Source: Psammoneis japonica
Lineage: Eukaryota
Reading direction: 5' to 3'
Length of the DNA stretch: 64,000 nt
Assembly: GCA_008632985.1 (NCBI GenBank)
Contig: QPGO01000074.1
Coordinates: 1-64,000, forward strand
The position numbers and the translations under genes are program-made. Positions 35,938-48,699 of the stretch are shown here, piece by piece; the first letter of the stretch is position 1; each line of letters begins with the position of its first letter. Below the pieces are notes generated by a model. That model did no database searches. It was not told the DNA's origin and worked only from the letters and a program-made list of their open reading frames with translations.

Positions 35938-38900
35938 CTCACTGGGTGCATCAGGCACTTGCATCTCCAATTTTTTGTTGCTTCTTCTCCAAAAGAAAGA
36001 AACATGATCTCCATCAGGTTTGCACTGCATGCTTGAAATTCAAAAGGCCAAGGGAACACACCAGGCCTCTTTGCCCTCCAAATCAAATGTTTCACCAGCT
36101 CTGGATCTTGGGCATGTTCACAAATTGGCCTGGGCCAAGGCTGCTGCAGCCACTGAGGAAATGCAAGATCCAAAACAGAGCTGGAAGAGCCCAAGGTCAA
36201 AGCACTTTGCAGCTGGTTGTCCAAGCTCAAAAATGAGCTTGCCATGTCCAACAAGAAGGTCAATGAACTCCTCTGACAGAACAATGAGAAAGCCTCAAAC
36301 AAATTGAAAACAGAGCACAGCAAAGTCATTTCCTGCATGAAGGCAGAGAGCTGGAAGAAGTCCAGAAACAAGCAAGTTGCAAACATTGGCTGCAGTTGTT
36401 GAAAGTTCTCTGGGAAGAAAAGAGTTCTCCAGGAGAAAACTGCTTTGACAAGACAAGAAAACATGTGACAGAGCTGCACTTGTAAAAAAGGAATAATCTG
36501 GAAGAAAAGCCAAGAAAAAACTCCAGCAGCTTGCAGAGGCAACTCTTGCAATTAAAGAGTGGCACAAGAAACATCACAGATGTGTTGCAAAAAAATTGTT
36601 TCTTGCCACTGTGCTGTTGAGAAGATGGAGAAAAGTGTGGTGGTTGGCTGTCCTTGTTGCAGATGAACAAAGTGCAATGTCAAGAGGTTGGTGCTTGCAC
36701 GCTCACTTTCTCTCTCTTTGTCTGCCCCCCCCCCCCCCCCCCCTCTTTTGTGCACCCCGACTCTCTTCTGAGCACAGAGGAGCACCCATTGCTTGAGAAA
36801 AAATGCCCCACTGACAGGTCAGGTGAGTCCCAAAGGGGCCACCAGAAAAAGGTGCATTGCAGCTTTTGACCAGAGTGGGCACTCTGTCAAGAACAAAGAA
36901 AAGTGGGAGTCAGCCACCCTCCTGTGCTGCTGAAAGTGTTGGGGGAGAGCCAGAGCTGTCAACCCCACTTTTTGAGACCTTCTCTTGCAAAACAAAAAGA
37001 GCTGCAATTGAGAATGGCATTGTTTTTGATCTGTTTTGAGTTTGCAGTTTTGATGAAAGCACTGCACCTCCATTTGTGTGGTTTGTCTGCACGTTGAAAA
37101 TGACAAAATGAAGGCCCCCATGGGCTCCACACACTGTGACAACAATGCATGCAGTGTGTTGTTGCTTTGCAGCACTTTGTTGCAGCACCATAAAACATGG
37201 GGGCTGATGGGGGGCCACCCAATTGATGATGGCTTAAAAGCATCTGAAAAAGTGGCTTTGGATGATTGGTGGTGAGATTCTTGCCAACATGGTGACAAAG
37301 CATGGCATTCCACCACAGGTTTCAAAACCCAAATCCCTGTCAAAACAGCACATGTTTGGTCATGCAGGTGGCTCCAAGTTTGTGAAAAAAGAAGAGGGAA
37401 AGTGGTGGAGGAGGGCAGAGAGGTCTGTGCCCAATGTGCGTGCATGACAACCAGACAATTGATGCTTGGGTGACCCGCCCAACACCAACACCACAAACTT
37501 GCCATGATGGTGGCACAACCGATGCTCAATTTTGCCACCAAACCTGTTCCTGCCAAAAACACCAGTGCACAACATGCCACATTTTTCTGACAAGTGCATC
37601 AAGAAAAAGAGAGATGAGGGAAAACCCAAAAATGGATGACAAATCCTTTCTGTGATTTCATTGCTGTTCAGCCGTGCTTGATTCTCACAACTTGCACATC
37701 AACAACCTGTGCTCTGTTTTGCTGCCAAACCTTTCCCACCAAAATGCCAACATGTGACATGCTGCACATTTTTCTGACCCGTCAAAGTGCAGCCTCCTTT
37801 GTTGCACCTCATGAGATGTCAAGAGAGCAAAGGTCTGTTGGTGGTGGACCATTTCAATTCTCCTTTGTGAAAGTCACAATGCATCCTTCTTGGTGTCCAT
37901 CAAAATGCACCCTTGGTGTCCATCAAAGGGCGAACAGCACATTGACAAAGGCGCCAAATCAGCACAAAGATGAAGCCATCAACAAGAGCAAAGTGCTGCC
38001 CAGTGCTGACCATGCACTGCCCATGCTCATTTTGGCTGTTCTTTCAGTGCAACCAACAACCAACGAACATGGCGCACAACATCAAAATTGCACCAGAGGT
38101 GTTTTGTCCCTCTGAGTGCATGGCTTGAGAGGGGAAGCTGGGTGTGCTGCCTTCACAAATTTGCATGGTTCCATTCAGTTTTTATGAGATTTGAACATTC
38201 ATTGCACCAATCAAGGAGCTGGCACCCTCCACATGTGTCTCCATTCAACAAAAGCTGTGAGATGATGGATTGGAAAGAAGTCGAAGTGGGGCATTGGAAA
38301 AATGCAAGCTGAAGAGGAGAGGGTCAGATGAACAAGTGGCAAAGTGATGAGAGGAGTTGCAAAGAGCAGCACATGGCCACACCACCCGGGAATCTCAGCG
38401 CTGCTCAAGTGGCAGCTGCACACTTGCGTGGTGACAAAATTCGCTCACATCCACAAATGAGGCAGGAGGATTGTCAAAGAACAAGTGGGTGCGAGTGGCA
38501 AACCAGAGAGTGACAAGAATCTGAGGAATTAACCATGCTGTTTGTGAGGAAGCAGCTGCCTCTACTTGTCCTTGTCAAAATGGAATTGCGTCCTCATCAA
38601 ATTCTACACAAGTTCCGGGGTTAAGTCCTGCACGTTTTATGAAGAGCCACCCAAAAAACTGAAAACCCCTCGAAAATCGAATGAGGTTATGAGCTAGACC
38701 ATAGATGGTGGTACTGTAGAATAAGTATGTTGTGCTACGGCCCAAGCAAAATAGCATGTTCCTCGTGGACAGAAGTAGATCACAGAACACAACGCCAACG
38801 CAAAAAGATCGACAACAAACAACGAACTTGAAACTGAGTGTCTTGTACCGTTACGCAATCGCCGCTTCCTCATTCAACGACAAGGATCTGACCGACCCTT

Positions 38901-38974
38901 GTTGCTATTGATGCTCGTACAGGAAACGAAAAGCTGCAATAAAGGAACAGAGAGAAAGGAAACACTTCTTGACG

Positions 38975-40708
38975 ATGAAGAATCATCGCATTGGTGCGAT
39001 CGGGCGCATTGTGGTGCTTTGGATACTACTGCCGAGGGCTCTTTCGAGTGTTTTACCTGTACTTTCTGAAAGCAGACGCTTGGACCAAGATACTTGTGGG
39101 ACGGAAGGAAACGATCCCTGTCTGATTTTTTCGCAACAAGACTTGATCAACATCAATATCAACAGGGCGCATGACAGGCACTATGTATTGATGAATGACA
39201 TTGATGTTGAATTCCACTGGCCCATAAGTCCATTCTCTGGTGTGTTTGATGGCAATGGTCATACCCTTCGTTTTACTTTTGATGATTTTGACGCCAAGGC
39301 CAAACTATTTGGTGGTAGTGACGAAGAAGGGTTATTCGGCGTGGCTGGACCGAATGCCCTGATATTCAACCTTACAATTGCAGATTCGTTTTTTCTGGGC
39401 GGGAACTCAGCTGGTGCACTCGTTGGGGGCATTTATGAAGGCGGTGTGACAATACGGGATATTGAGATTGTCAATACAACAGTGACAGGTTTCAGGGGAC
39501 CATTTCGCCTAGGTGAAGGTGGCGCCGGTTTACTTGTAGGGTTTCTTGGTGGTGACAAAGCATCGTCTATCTCGTGTTGCCACGCTCGTGGAGGTAGCGT
39601 CTTGGGTGAGGAATCTGTCGGTGGCCTGATTGGCCACTTTGGTAACGGCAAGATTGACCGATGTAGCGCTGAACGCGTTATCGTTCAGGGAACTGATGGG
39701 TCCAATCACGGAGGCTTGGTTGGTAAAATGGATCGAGCGGCCATTGACAACAGCTATGCAACCGGCAGTGTACAAGGCGTAAATGCAGGTGGACTGGTCG
39801 GAAGCTCTTACAATGGCTCATCCATATCGAACAGCTATGCTCTCGGCAATGTCAATGCGACAGACGGTGCTAGTGGGGGACTTGTTGGCAGAGTCCACAA
39901 TCAGGGTGGCTTTGTTAGGAACAGTTTTGCGACCGGAAGAGTTTCAGGCGTTGCAGGGAGCGACATAGGTGGTCTGATTGGCCACTATAAGAGGTCGGCC
40001 TCACTAGACAACAACTATTATCTGTCGGAACCAGGAGTTGGTAACTACGAAGCAATCGAAACCGAAGCACAACGAATTACTAACCTTCGCTATTTCCAAA
40101 ATTCGGATAATGAGCCAATTTCAACCTGGAACAAAGACGTTTGGGCATTTCCGGATAATGCCTTTCCAGTCCTCAAGGAGTGTCCGCCAGATGCTGACAT
40201 TGGGATCGACGCGGGAGGACCATATCCCGAGTTCAGCCAAGTAACCTGTTCCTACACCTCGTGCCTTGGTGAAGTTCTCAAAACACTAGAGAGGCGCACC
40301 ACATTCAGCAAGGATCAGCTGGCATATAACGCAGCCAAACGCAAAGCATATGCTTCCATGACAGCAATCAAGACTCAAGGGTATGTCGTTGGATCCCTCA
40401 ACAAGCTCACGCGGTCCATGGAATATATGGAGGATCTCCGAATGACTGCTCCCGGGTTCTCCGACGATATTGGTAGAAAAGCAAGTACCTGTGCTATTGC
40501 TCTTGTTGAAAACTTCATTGGCGCATTCAAGCGAAAGGGCTTCCTTGACGATGGATTCCTTGATCAGGTGAGCAAAACAAGCTTGTCTACTGCTGTGTTC
40601 AAGAAACAGTCCAAAGAATGGAAGAACAGTGTAGCAAAATGCCAGGTTGCAATTTTGAGGATTATGAACAACTTGGGGGAAAGGAGTGTTCCTCGCTGCC
40701 ATAGTTAA
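38975..40708 (+). CDS. Secreted GLUG-motif repeat protein with a shared C-terminal helical domain
   Basis: Signal peptide; YVLMNDID...FSGVFDGNGHT cap; repeated GGLVG / NSYATG units. Confidence 0.85.
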   Translation: MKNHRIGAIGRIVVLWILLPRALSSVLPVLSESRRLDQDTCGTEGNDPCLIFSQQDLINININRAHDRHYVLMNDIDVEFHWPISPFSGVFDGNGHTLRFTFDDFDAKAKLFGGSDEEGLFGVAGPNALIFNLTIADSFFLGGNSAGALVGGIYEGGVTIRDIEIVNTTVTGFRGPFRLGEGGAGLLVGFLGGDKASSISCCHARGGSVLGEESVGGLIGHFGNGKIDRCSAERVIVQGTDGSNHGGLVGKMDRAAIDNSYATGSVQGVNAGGLVGSSYNGSSISNSYALGNVNATDGASGGLVGRVHNQGGFVRNSFATGRVSGVAGSDIGGLIGHYKRSASLDNNYYLSEPGVGNYEAIETEAQRITNLRYFQNSDNEPISTWNKDVWAFPDNAFPVLKECPPDADIGIDAGGPYPEFSQVTCSYTSCLGEVLKTLERRTTFSKDQLAYNAAKRKAYASMTAIKTQGYVVGSLNKLTRSMEYMEDLRMTAPGFSDDIGRKASTCAIALVENFIGAFKRKGFLDDGFLDQVSKTSLSTAVFKKQSKEWKNSVAKCQVAILRIMNNLGERSVPRCHS

Positions 40709-41973
40709 GAAAGATGTCTACGCGGCACTTTGCCGTCTTTAATTTTAGACATATTACTTGTAGTTCGGATAAGATTATGGGCAAGGATGCTTTGATTAAC
40801 AAGCCTCTAGGGCGACACTCGGCTATAGAGAATTCTTCCGTTGATTTTAATAAAAACGAATTGCAAGGATTCAAACAACTGATTATAATAACAGCAATGT
40901 GGCTGAAAGATCGTGTCCACATTCTGATGAAAAGACATGCTTCGGCACAGGCCCTCAGCACACACGTGTCGAAGGAATGCTCAATACATTTCACCTTGTC
41001 CCTTGCTCTGCCACCATGTGTCTTGAAAGCACGCAAATGACACGGTTGCCACCCTGCATCTCATGAAAGGAGCTGTCTTTTTTTTTCATCGCTGCATTGC
41101 TGGCATTCACATTTTCAGCTCCATGATTCAGCACTGTGATGGTTGGTAGCTACAAAGTTGAAAGGCAGGAACAACAAGAAATGATTGCATTGCAATCTTT
41201 GCCGGACATTTCACGCAAATGCCGGTGCAAGATGCAACCACTCATGCACTCCCCAGAGCTCGCCCTGTTTCCATGGTCTGCACAGAGAAAGACAGTGGCT
41301 TGCCCTTGTCCCAAGAGAAGGTGCTTGCTTTCTCACTCATCAACTTGACCTGCCCTCATGCCATGAGAATTTGGAGCTGCTGCTGGCTGTGCAAGCAAAC
41401 AAAGGCGTGATTCCTCCTGTCTTCTTGCCGCAACACAGCGTGTGGCAGCAGCCACACCCAGTGGCGCCAGCTGCTCTGGCTGTTGGCGACATTGTGTTCG
41501 TGAGGCTCACCACTCCTTGGGAGAGTCCTGTGTGCCCCTCCAGTGCCACCAGCCTCCTGGGGTTGCTGCTCTTCTTGGAGCCACCCGCCACAACATCACA
41601 CACTGTGGCTCTGCAGTGCCCTGCCTGAGAGGCCTTCGTGGGGTCTCCTCTGCCGCCACTGTCCCGCGCACCCACATCAGAGGCAGGTGGGAACTGTGAG
41701 CCCCCTGGCTTGTAAAAGAATGCTCTGTGGAGGCTTTTGCGAATTTTAGGAGGACCGATTTTTGCCACCGTCCGTCGTCATGGTGGAAACAGGGGGGGAG
41801 CGGGAGGCTCGAGCACACTGCTGGCTGGCAGCACATTGCATTGAAGAGGCCAGCACGGGCGGCGGAAGGGCGGGCGGCCGGGCTTCGCGCAAGGCGAAGA
41901 GCACGACCGGCTGTCGAGCATAGAATACTTCCAACCAAAATTTTGATGGCAAGAAGCACGACGCACGACGGCC

Positions 41974-43568
41974 ATGGCGTCTCGTCAAAGCGCATGGGAA
42001 CATCTTAACGTTGCTCTGCCGAATCTACCTTATCGACAGAATGAATTACAGAGGCAAGGGAAAGGATCAACGACTTGGGCTTCGCATTCGCACACTCCAA
42101 TCTCTGTAGAAAAGTGGCATGACTTCCCGACTAAGATACAACAGGCATCACAAAGACACGAGAACACCCGCATAATTGCCGCCAATGTTGGTGCAAGCAT
42201 CATGAACACTAGATTGAAGAAGGTCAAAACAGAAGAGCATGTGACAGACAATGCTGAGGGTTTACTCGCGACGGCCTTTGAGGAGATAAAGGCGGACTTC
42301 GACATTGAGCAACACGCGTCATTTACATTGTGTCAGCCAGACATGGTTGCGCTAAGGCGAGAAGGAGAAGGGAAACTGGTTATCTCCGCGTCTGAGTATA
42401 GGTCTCCAGTGAACCGACAAGCAGTGGCAAGACAGGTCATCCAAGACACCGTTCCGCTATGCACTTTTGAAACCAAGCCGTTCTGGAAGTTCAACTTCCT
42501 CCTAGGGATGAACAGCACGGAAATACTAACAACTCAATTTCAATATCCGGATGGCTACAGGGCTGAAGATTTGAACATGGAAAGGCCTCTTCCAAAAGTG
42601 TGGACCAACGAGAAAAAGAAGGTGTTTCACCTGATCCGTCAAGTTTACGGACAAATGATATCTTCGAAGCTAAGGTACGGTGTGATCCACTTGTACGAGG
42701 TCTGGTGGTTTTGCTGCCGCGATTCCCAAGGTACTCTCCAGATATCTCGCCCATTTCGAAAGGAAGAGACCTCACCATCAGTACTTCAGGCAATCAAGAC
42801 CCTTTTAGATTTTCCTGACTTTATCCTACCGTAGAGGAGACGCCTTTCCACCCTGGTTCTGCGGTGAAGCCCGGTCGTCCCGGAATAATTCCCGATCAAC
42901 ACCGGAGGGATGCCGGGAATGTACCAAAACGGACAAGAAACAGAAGACTACCAAACAAAGACAGAAAGAAACATGGTGATGGCGAACGAAAGGCACGAGC
43001 AACACCGGCCTACTCTGACGAGGCGGGTGGATTCGCTTCGAGCGTCTTTATGTGGGACTGCGAACTACTTGATTTCAACAGCAATGTCAAACTCCTTTCT
43101 AGCAAAAAAGATCCATCCGTTCTTGTCAAAATGCAATACAATACCCGGGCGGAACGCGTTGCGGAAGAAATGGCACGGGAGGCATCGATTTACCGCAAGC
43201 TCTCTGAGAATGCTAATGTAAAGAATGCCATTGCCGAGTTCTACGGGTTCAGTACCCATCTTGGAGTTCCCTTGTTGTGTTTGGGAAAGGAAGGCCCTTG
43301 TTTTGAAGATATTGGTCTCGAAAACATTTCTCTTGAGCTGCGAGCATCGGCAGTAGAAAGTCTCCGTCTTTTGAGCGCAGTTGGCCTTGTGCATAACGAT
43401 CTGGATCTCCGAAACATTGTCCAGAGCAGAGAGGATCCGAAACGCGCCAAAATTATCGATTTTGGCCGTTCTGAATTTTCCAATGACGACAGGTTGCTGC
43501 AAGCTCAGGTGGAGATCCTAAAGTCCATGTTGAGACTCTCTGGTGATATACCGGTAGATATTTTTTAA
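41974..43568 (+). CDS. Crinkler-like PD-(D/E)xK domain + protein kinase, split by a 1-nt frameshift at about 42819-42832
   Basis: QPD...FETK...RQVYGQM...RYGVI, then VLVK, EASIY, VHNDLDLRNI, IIDFG; the second frame is open from 42819. Confidence 0.7.
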
Positions 43569-43811
43569 AAAGGAACATGGAAGTACCAGCATGCTGCGGT
43601 GTAACAATATTAACGTTTCTACATGCGCGCCTTGCTACAGAGTAGGTAGAAGCACTCCTAACCACTCATACACTCTCTCTATGTAGAGCCACCATCAACA
43701 ATGACGCTTCCAAAAGAAAGAAAGCTATACAAGTAGTACTTCGCATACAATATTTTGAACAAAACATACACTACTATTCTCCGTTTCTAATGAAAGGTTC
43801 AAAAACTACTC

Positions 43812-45459
43812 TCATGCCGCCGTCTCGGTGGAAGTGACCTTTCCAAGCATTTTCAAACGGTTAGAGTCCATCACGGCAATACGTCCAAGAGCGGCGCACG
43901 TCTCGAAAGGCTCGACAAAAAGAGGCTGGCTGGGTTCAAACTCAACTTCAGCAGACTCAAACTGGGAGAGCTCCGGAGGGTTCTCCACCTTGGCACCACC
44001 AGTCTTCTTGGACTGCTTCCAGAGAATCTTGGTCATCTTGCACGCAACCTTGGCGGTACGGCAAAAGACAACGGGAGTGTATCCAACCTTGAGGACACCA
44101 GGGTGCTCCTGGACGGCAACCATGGCCTTGAAGGACTTGATGGGCTTGAGTTCACCCTCCTTCTCGACGTAAATGATATCACCGGGCTGAACCTTCTCGT
44201 CCTTGGCAATACCCTTGATGGACATACCAACCGAGTTACCGGGTCCGGCAGACTCCAAGGTCTTCTTGTGCTGTTCAATGGAGAAGATCTTCTTTCCCTT
44301 GAGGCCACTTGGGACGATACCAATCTCGTCACCAGGCTTGATAGTACCCTGTTCGACGGTACCGCAGATAATCTGACCCACACCCTTGATGTTGTACACG
44401 TTGGAAACGGGAAGACGGACGGGAAGCTCGGGGTGACGGACAGGAGGCTGGATGAAGTTGTTCAAGGCATCAACCAAGGTGAATCCCTCAACGACAGTCT
44501 TGGGGTTGAGGTTGGCCTTCCAGCCCTTGTACCAGGGAGCCTTGTCGCTCTTCTCGACCAAGTTGTCTCCGTTGAATCCAGAGTAAGGAATGAAGGGGAC
44601 CTTCTTGGGCTTGAAGCCAATCATTTGGAGCATCTTGACAAACTCGTCCTTGATCTCGTTGAAACGGTCCTCGGACCAGTTGCAGGCGTCCATCTTGTTG
44701 ATACCGACGATAATCTGCTCAACACCCAACAGGTAAAGAAGACGGGCATGCTGACGCGTCTGTCCTTCTTCCACACCCATCTTGGCGTCCGCCTTGGCAA
44801 TGGCAGCCTCGAAACCACCCTTCTCGGCAGGGACAAGCAAAAGACCGACATCGGCCGTGGCGGATCCGGTAATCATGTTCTTGATGTAATCCTTGTGGCC
44901 GGGGGCATCGACAATCGTGTAGTGGTACTTGTCCGTGAAGAACTCCTTGGTGTTGCACTGAATCGTCACACCACGCTCACGTTCCTCCTTGCACGTATCA
45001 AGGTAGTAGGCGAAACCGAAAGAAGACTTTCCCTTCTCTTCGGCCATGGCCTGCAACTTTTCCATCTCACGAGCCGAGATACCACCCTGCTTGAAGATCA
45101 AGTGACCGCAGGTCGTGGACTTGCCTAAAGAACGATTGGAAACAAAAACAGAGGGGGGGGGTAAGTTCAGGTTTTACACAAACAGTGTTTCTCAGGACCA
45201 GAAATTGTCGATACAGCGCAATTCAGCGTCAAGACTCTCGCCATGGTCATAAGTCAACATGGACGAGCCATAGCGCACGTCTCCAAGCTCTCCATCGACT
45301 CAAACCATGTCGATCCCGTCAACACCACACGTTTCAAAAAGGGTCATTGTTCCAAAAAAAGATGCATCGGACGAATCATCTTGCGCTTCCGCTCCACTTA
45401 CCGGCATCGACGTGCCCGCACACGACAAGGGAGAGATGCTCTTTTCCTTCACCGCTCAT
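43812..45459 (-). CDS. EFL: Elongation factor-like GTPase (EFL); intron 45125-45401
   Basis: [29 protein letters not shown], the EFL-type insert before [19 protein letters not shown]...TTTAG intron restores the frame. Confidence 0.93.
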
Positions 45460-46828
45460 GGTTGTTGTTTACTGTTTTTGCTGTCTTGCAATTTATGACC
45501 ACAAGCTGTTCCACTTCTCACGATGAGAATGATTTTGTGGTGGAGAGGATCGACGTTCGAAGAGAGGCAACGAAGACCGTCGGCGGCCGGCGGGGGTGCC
45601 CGACCCGTTCAGAATTCGATGGCTGAGATTTCTTGCGCGCGGTGTGCGCGAAAGATATTGTGTGGTCGCGTGTGGTTCTCCGGGTGTCCACGTCATTCCC
45701 ATTAACGTCAACTTGACGTCATGACGAGCTACGAGGTCCAATAATGTGTGATGGAGAAAACAAGCCATTTTTTAATCCAGACCCTTTTCCTCTTTGTTCT
45801 TCTTTTTTTGTACACACATGCTTCCATGCATAGATTTGCAGGCAAGTGGCATAGCTGCTGCTGCCAGACAAGTTCACACCTTTTGGCTGCTCTCTCACAC
45901 TGTGTTCTGCACTCGGCTTTGTTGCCACACACGCTGCGGAGGCCTCTTTGGTGCTTTGGGGGACACGATGGTGCCACGCTGTTGTGGGGTTGCAGGAGTG
46001 ACAAGTTTTCATGTGCTGCTTTGCTTTTTCATGATGTTGTTTGTGTGGTGATGGGTCTGCAGAAAAGGCACGTCCAAGGAAGCTTGGGGGGGTTGGAAGA
46101 GCTGCACTTGCGGCCCGTTTTCAGCATGTTTGTTTTTCGAGATTTCTTCCAGTTGCTTTTTCTTGCAAGCTGCAAATGCTTTGGCAAAGTCAGATTCAAG
46201 GTGTTGATGGCCACCTGGACGCACATCGAAATGGTGGGACAATGGATCCAAAAGTCAAATTCGCTGCAAAAAATTATGATGATCTCGATGACCACAAAAC
46301 ATTTATGTGTCGCACAGACATACGAGCGACATTTTTATTTAACGCCAGAACATGTCGTGGGTAATTTAGAGGGTTCTGATTGGCTCTGACAGAATGAGAA
46401 CTCCAACCACGAGAATTTGGCGGGCGTCGCAAGGCTCTCCAAACGCATCACAAAAGAACATGAAACACCGTTCAACAAGTGCAACACACCTCAAGCACGA
46501 GACGACAAAAGCAAAGTAGAAAAATCTAGGTGCGCGAGACGAATATCTGTATGAGGCATTATAGAGAACAGATGTAGTCGTAGGGTTCTCGAATAAGAAT
46601 GCACCGAGAGATCGGTTTCTTCACGGTTCCGTGACTCGTGTGAGACGATCGTGTCAATTTCGATCCTATGATATCGCCGCGCCCACTCAAGTTCTCTGTC
46701 ATTCAAATAGAACGATTCTAAAAACATCTTTCGTTGTCTATCCATACCTCACAGAATCGACAACAGAAACTCTGTTTCCAGACCCCTTCTAAATCCAAGG
46801 GACGAGAACAAAAAGACTGAATAAACAA

Positions 46829-48662
46829 ATGCGCTTCAACACGCAAACGATCCTACCAACACTACTACTGCCGGCACTTTCTTTTTCAATAGCTGACAGA
46901 ATAGATTTCTACCAAGAAACACAAGAAGCGAAAGTTCGTTTGCTCAGAACTGACAAATACCTCCAGAATGAACAAGACGACGCAGTGCCCACCGCTACTA
47001 CTACGGCCCACCACCGCTCCATTCACCAGCGTCGTACTTTGGTCGGCATGGGGGAATGGGTCCAGATGGGAGACGATATCAATGTTGGAGAGAGAATAGG
47101 TTCCTTGGAAATATCTCGCGATGGGAATCGCGTTGCCATGATGGTAAATAATTGGATAGTTGGTGGCGTTCGTGTATTCGAGAGAAATGGTTCCAGCATG
47201 ATGTGGCAGCAGCTGGGAGACGGTGTCGGTCAAGCCACTGGCGTCGAAAGACCGGATCATTCGTCATCATTCTCCATGACAGACAATGGGCTCCGCGTTG
47301 CCGTTGGTGTTACAGATTATAGAAGAGTTCCCATGTATGATTGCAGATTTGACCCGGTTCCGAATGACTGCAATTGGGTTCCCGAAGATGGATATGTAAG
47401 CATTCATGATTGGAATGGAGTACAATGGAAAAACACTGCACTATTTATTGGTAACGCGACTCGCAAAGGCGCTCATGTGTCATTGTCGGGCGATGGACAG
47501 CGCATAGCGATAGGTACCGAAAGCATTTCACAGAACAGTGTTGAAGTCTTTGAGTTTCATGGGAAGTCTTGGCAGCTCATAGGGACCTTAGGTCCTTGGC
47601 CCACTCCACATCCTCTTTCCGTTCACATGTCTAGAAATGGACAACGTGTTGCCGTCTTGAGGGGAAATCGTGATGTCGAAGTTTTTGAGCAGGTTAAATC
47701 ATCCTGGACTCAGGTGGGACCTGCGATAGATGGTGATGGAATGGCAAACAACGCCGTGTCCTTGTCGGATGCGGGAGATCGTGTTGCTATTCTCGCCTTC
47801 ACCTACACCCCGTCTCGCCAGAGGCAAACATCTGTTCGCGTTTACGATTTGATCGATAATTTGTGGGTCAAATCAGGGAATGATATCATTGGCAACGACA
47901 GGTCCATGTCATTATCGGGTGACGGACGGCGTGTCGTGGTTGGTTTCCAAGAGGAAGGCTCTAGAGGCGTTTTCGGAAAGCTGCTCGTGTATGGACAACT
48001 TGATGGGTCTTCATGGACGCCAGTGGCAAACAAGCTCAGATCAAAAGTGCAACGGGACGGCTTTGGTGATATCAACGCAATTTCATCAGGAGGAAATGTA
48101 CTTGCCATCGGAATACCAAGGAGGAATGTCGTACGAGTTTTCAAATTTGAAGGCGCACCGGTACCCAAGGATCCCTTTCCCGAAGATTTCAAACGAGTCA
48201 CCTGTGCCTACATCTCATGTCTTCGTAAAGTTATCAAGAAATTGGAGAGTCGCACCACATTCAAAAAGGGCCAGCAAGCGTACGACGTATCCAAACGCAA
48301 AGCATTTGCGTCCATGGCCGCAATCAAGAATCAAGGGAATGTGGTTGGATCCCTCAACAAGCTCAAGCTGTCTATGGAATACATGGAAAGTCTACAAATG
48401 ACGGCTCCCGGGTTCGTAGAAGACATCGGTAGGAAAGCAAGTACCTGCGCAATCCTTCTTGTTGAAAACTTCGTTGGTGCATACTCTGGAAGTGGCGTAC
48501 TTAATGCTGGATTCCTTAATCAGGTGAGAAAGACAAATTTGGCTATCGCTCGGTCCAAGAAAAAGGGCAAGCAATGGAAGAAAGTGTTGGTACTAGTCAG
48601 GCAGCAATTTGGAGGATAATGAAAAGCTGGAGGAGACGAGTGTCCCTCTTTGCAGGAATTAG
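46829..48662 (+). CDS. Secreted beta-propeller-like repeat protein with the same C-terminal domain (ORF stops at 48619; homology continues to 48662 across two 1-nt gaps)
   Basis: Signal peptide; repeats WxQxGxxI and VSLSGDGxRxAIG; C-terminus aligns with 38975..40708. Confidence 0.82.
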
Positions 48663-48699
48663 CTAAGTGGATTTCGCGGGATATTCGCATCCATCATAG

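Noticed and set aside
25000..38550. Dozens of overlapping Cys/His-rich ORFs in all six frames (also in 52200-55720 and 58200-60500)
   Set aside because: They are a by-product of TA loss: TAA/TAG stops vanish and Tyr becomes Cys/His. Not metal-binding proteins.
15961..38550. Classical RIP or CpG deamination as the sole cause of the TG/CA excess
   Set aside because: RIP creates TA rather than removing it, and CpG decay cannot turn conserved Tyr codons into Cys/His or remove TA where CG persists.
44103..45128. 341-aa plus-strand ORF
   Set aside because: Antisense shadow of the codon-biased EFL gene.
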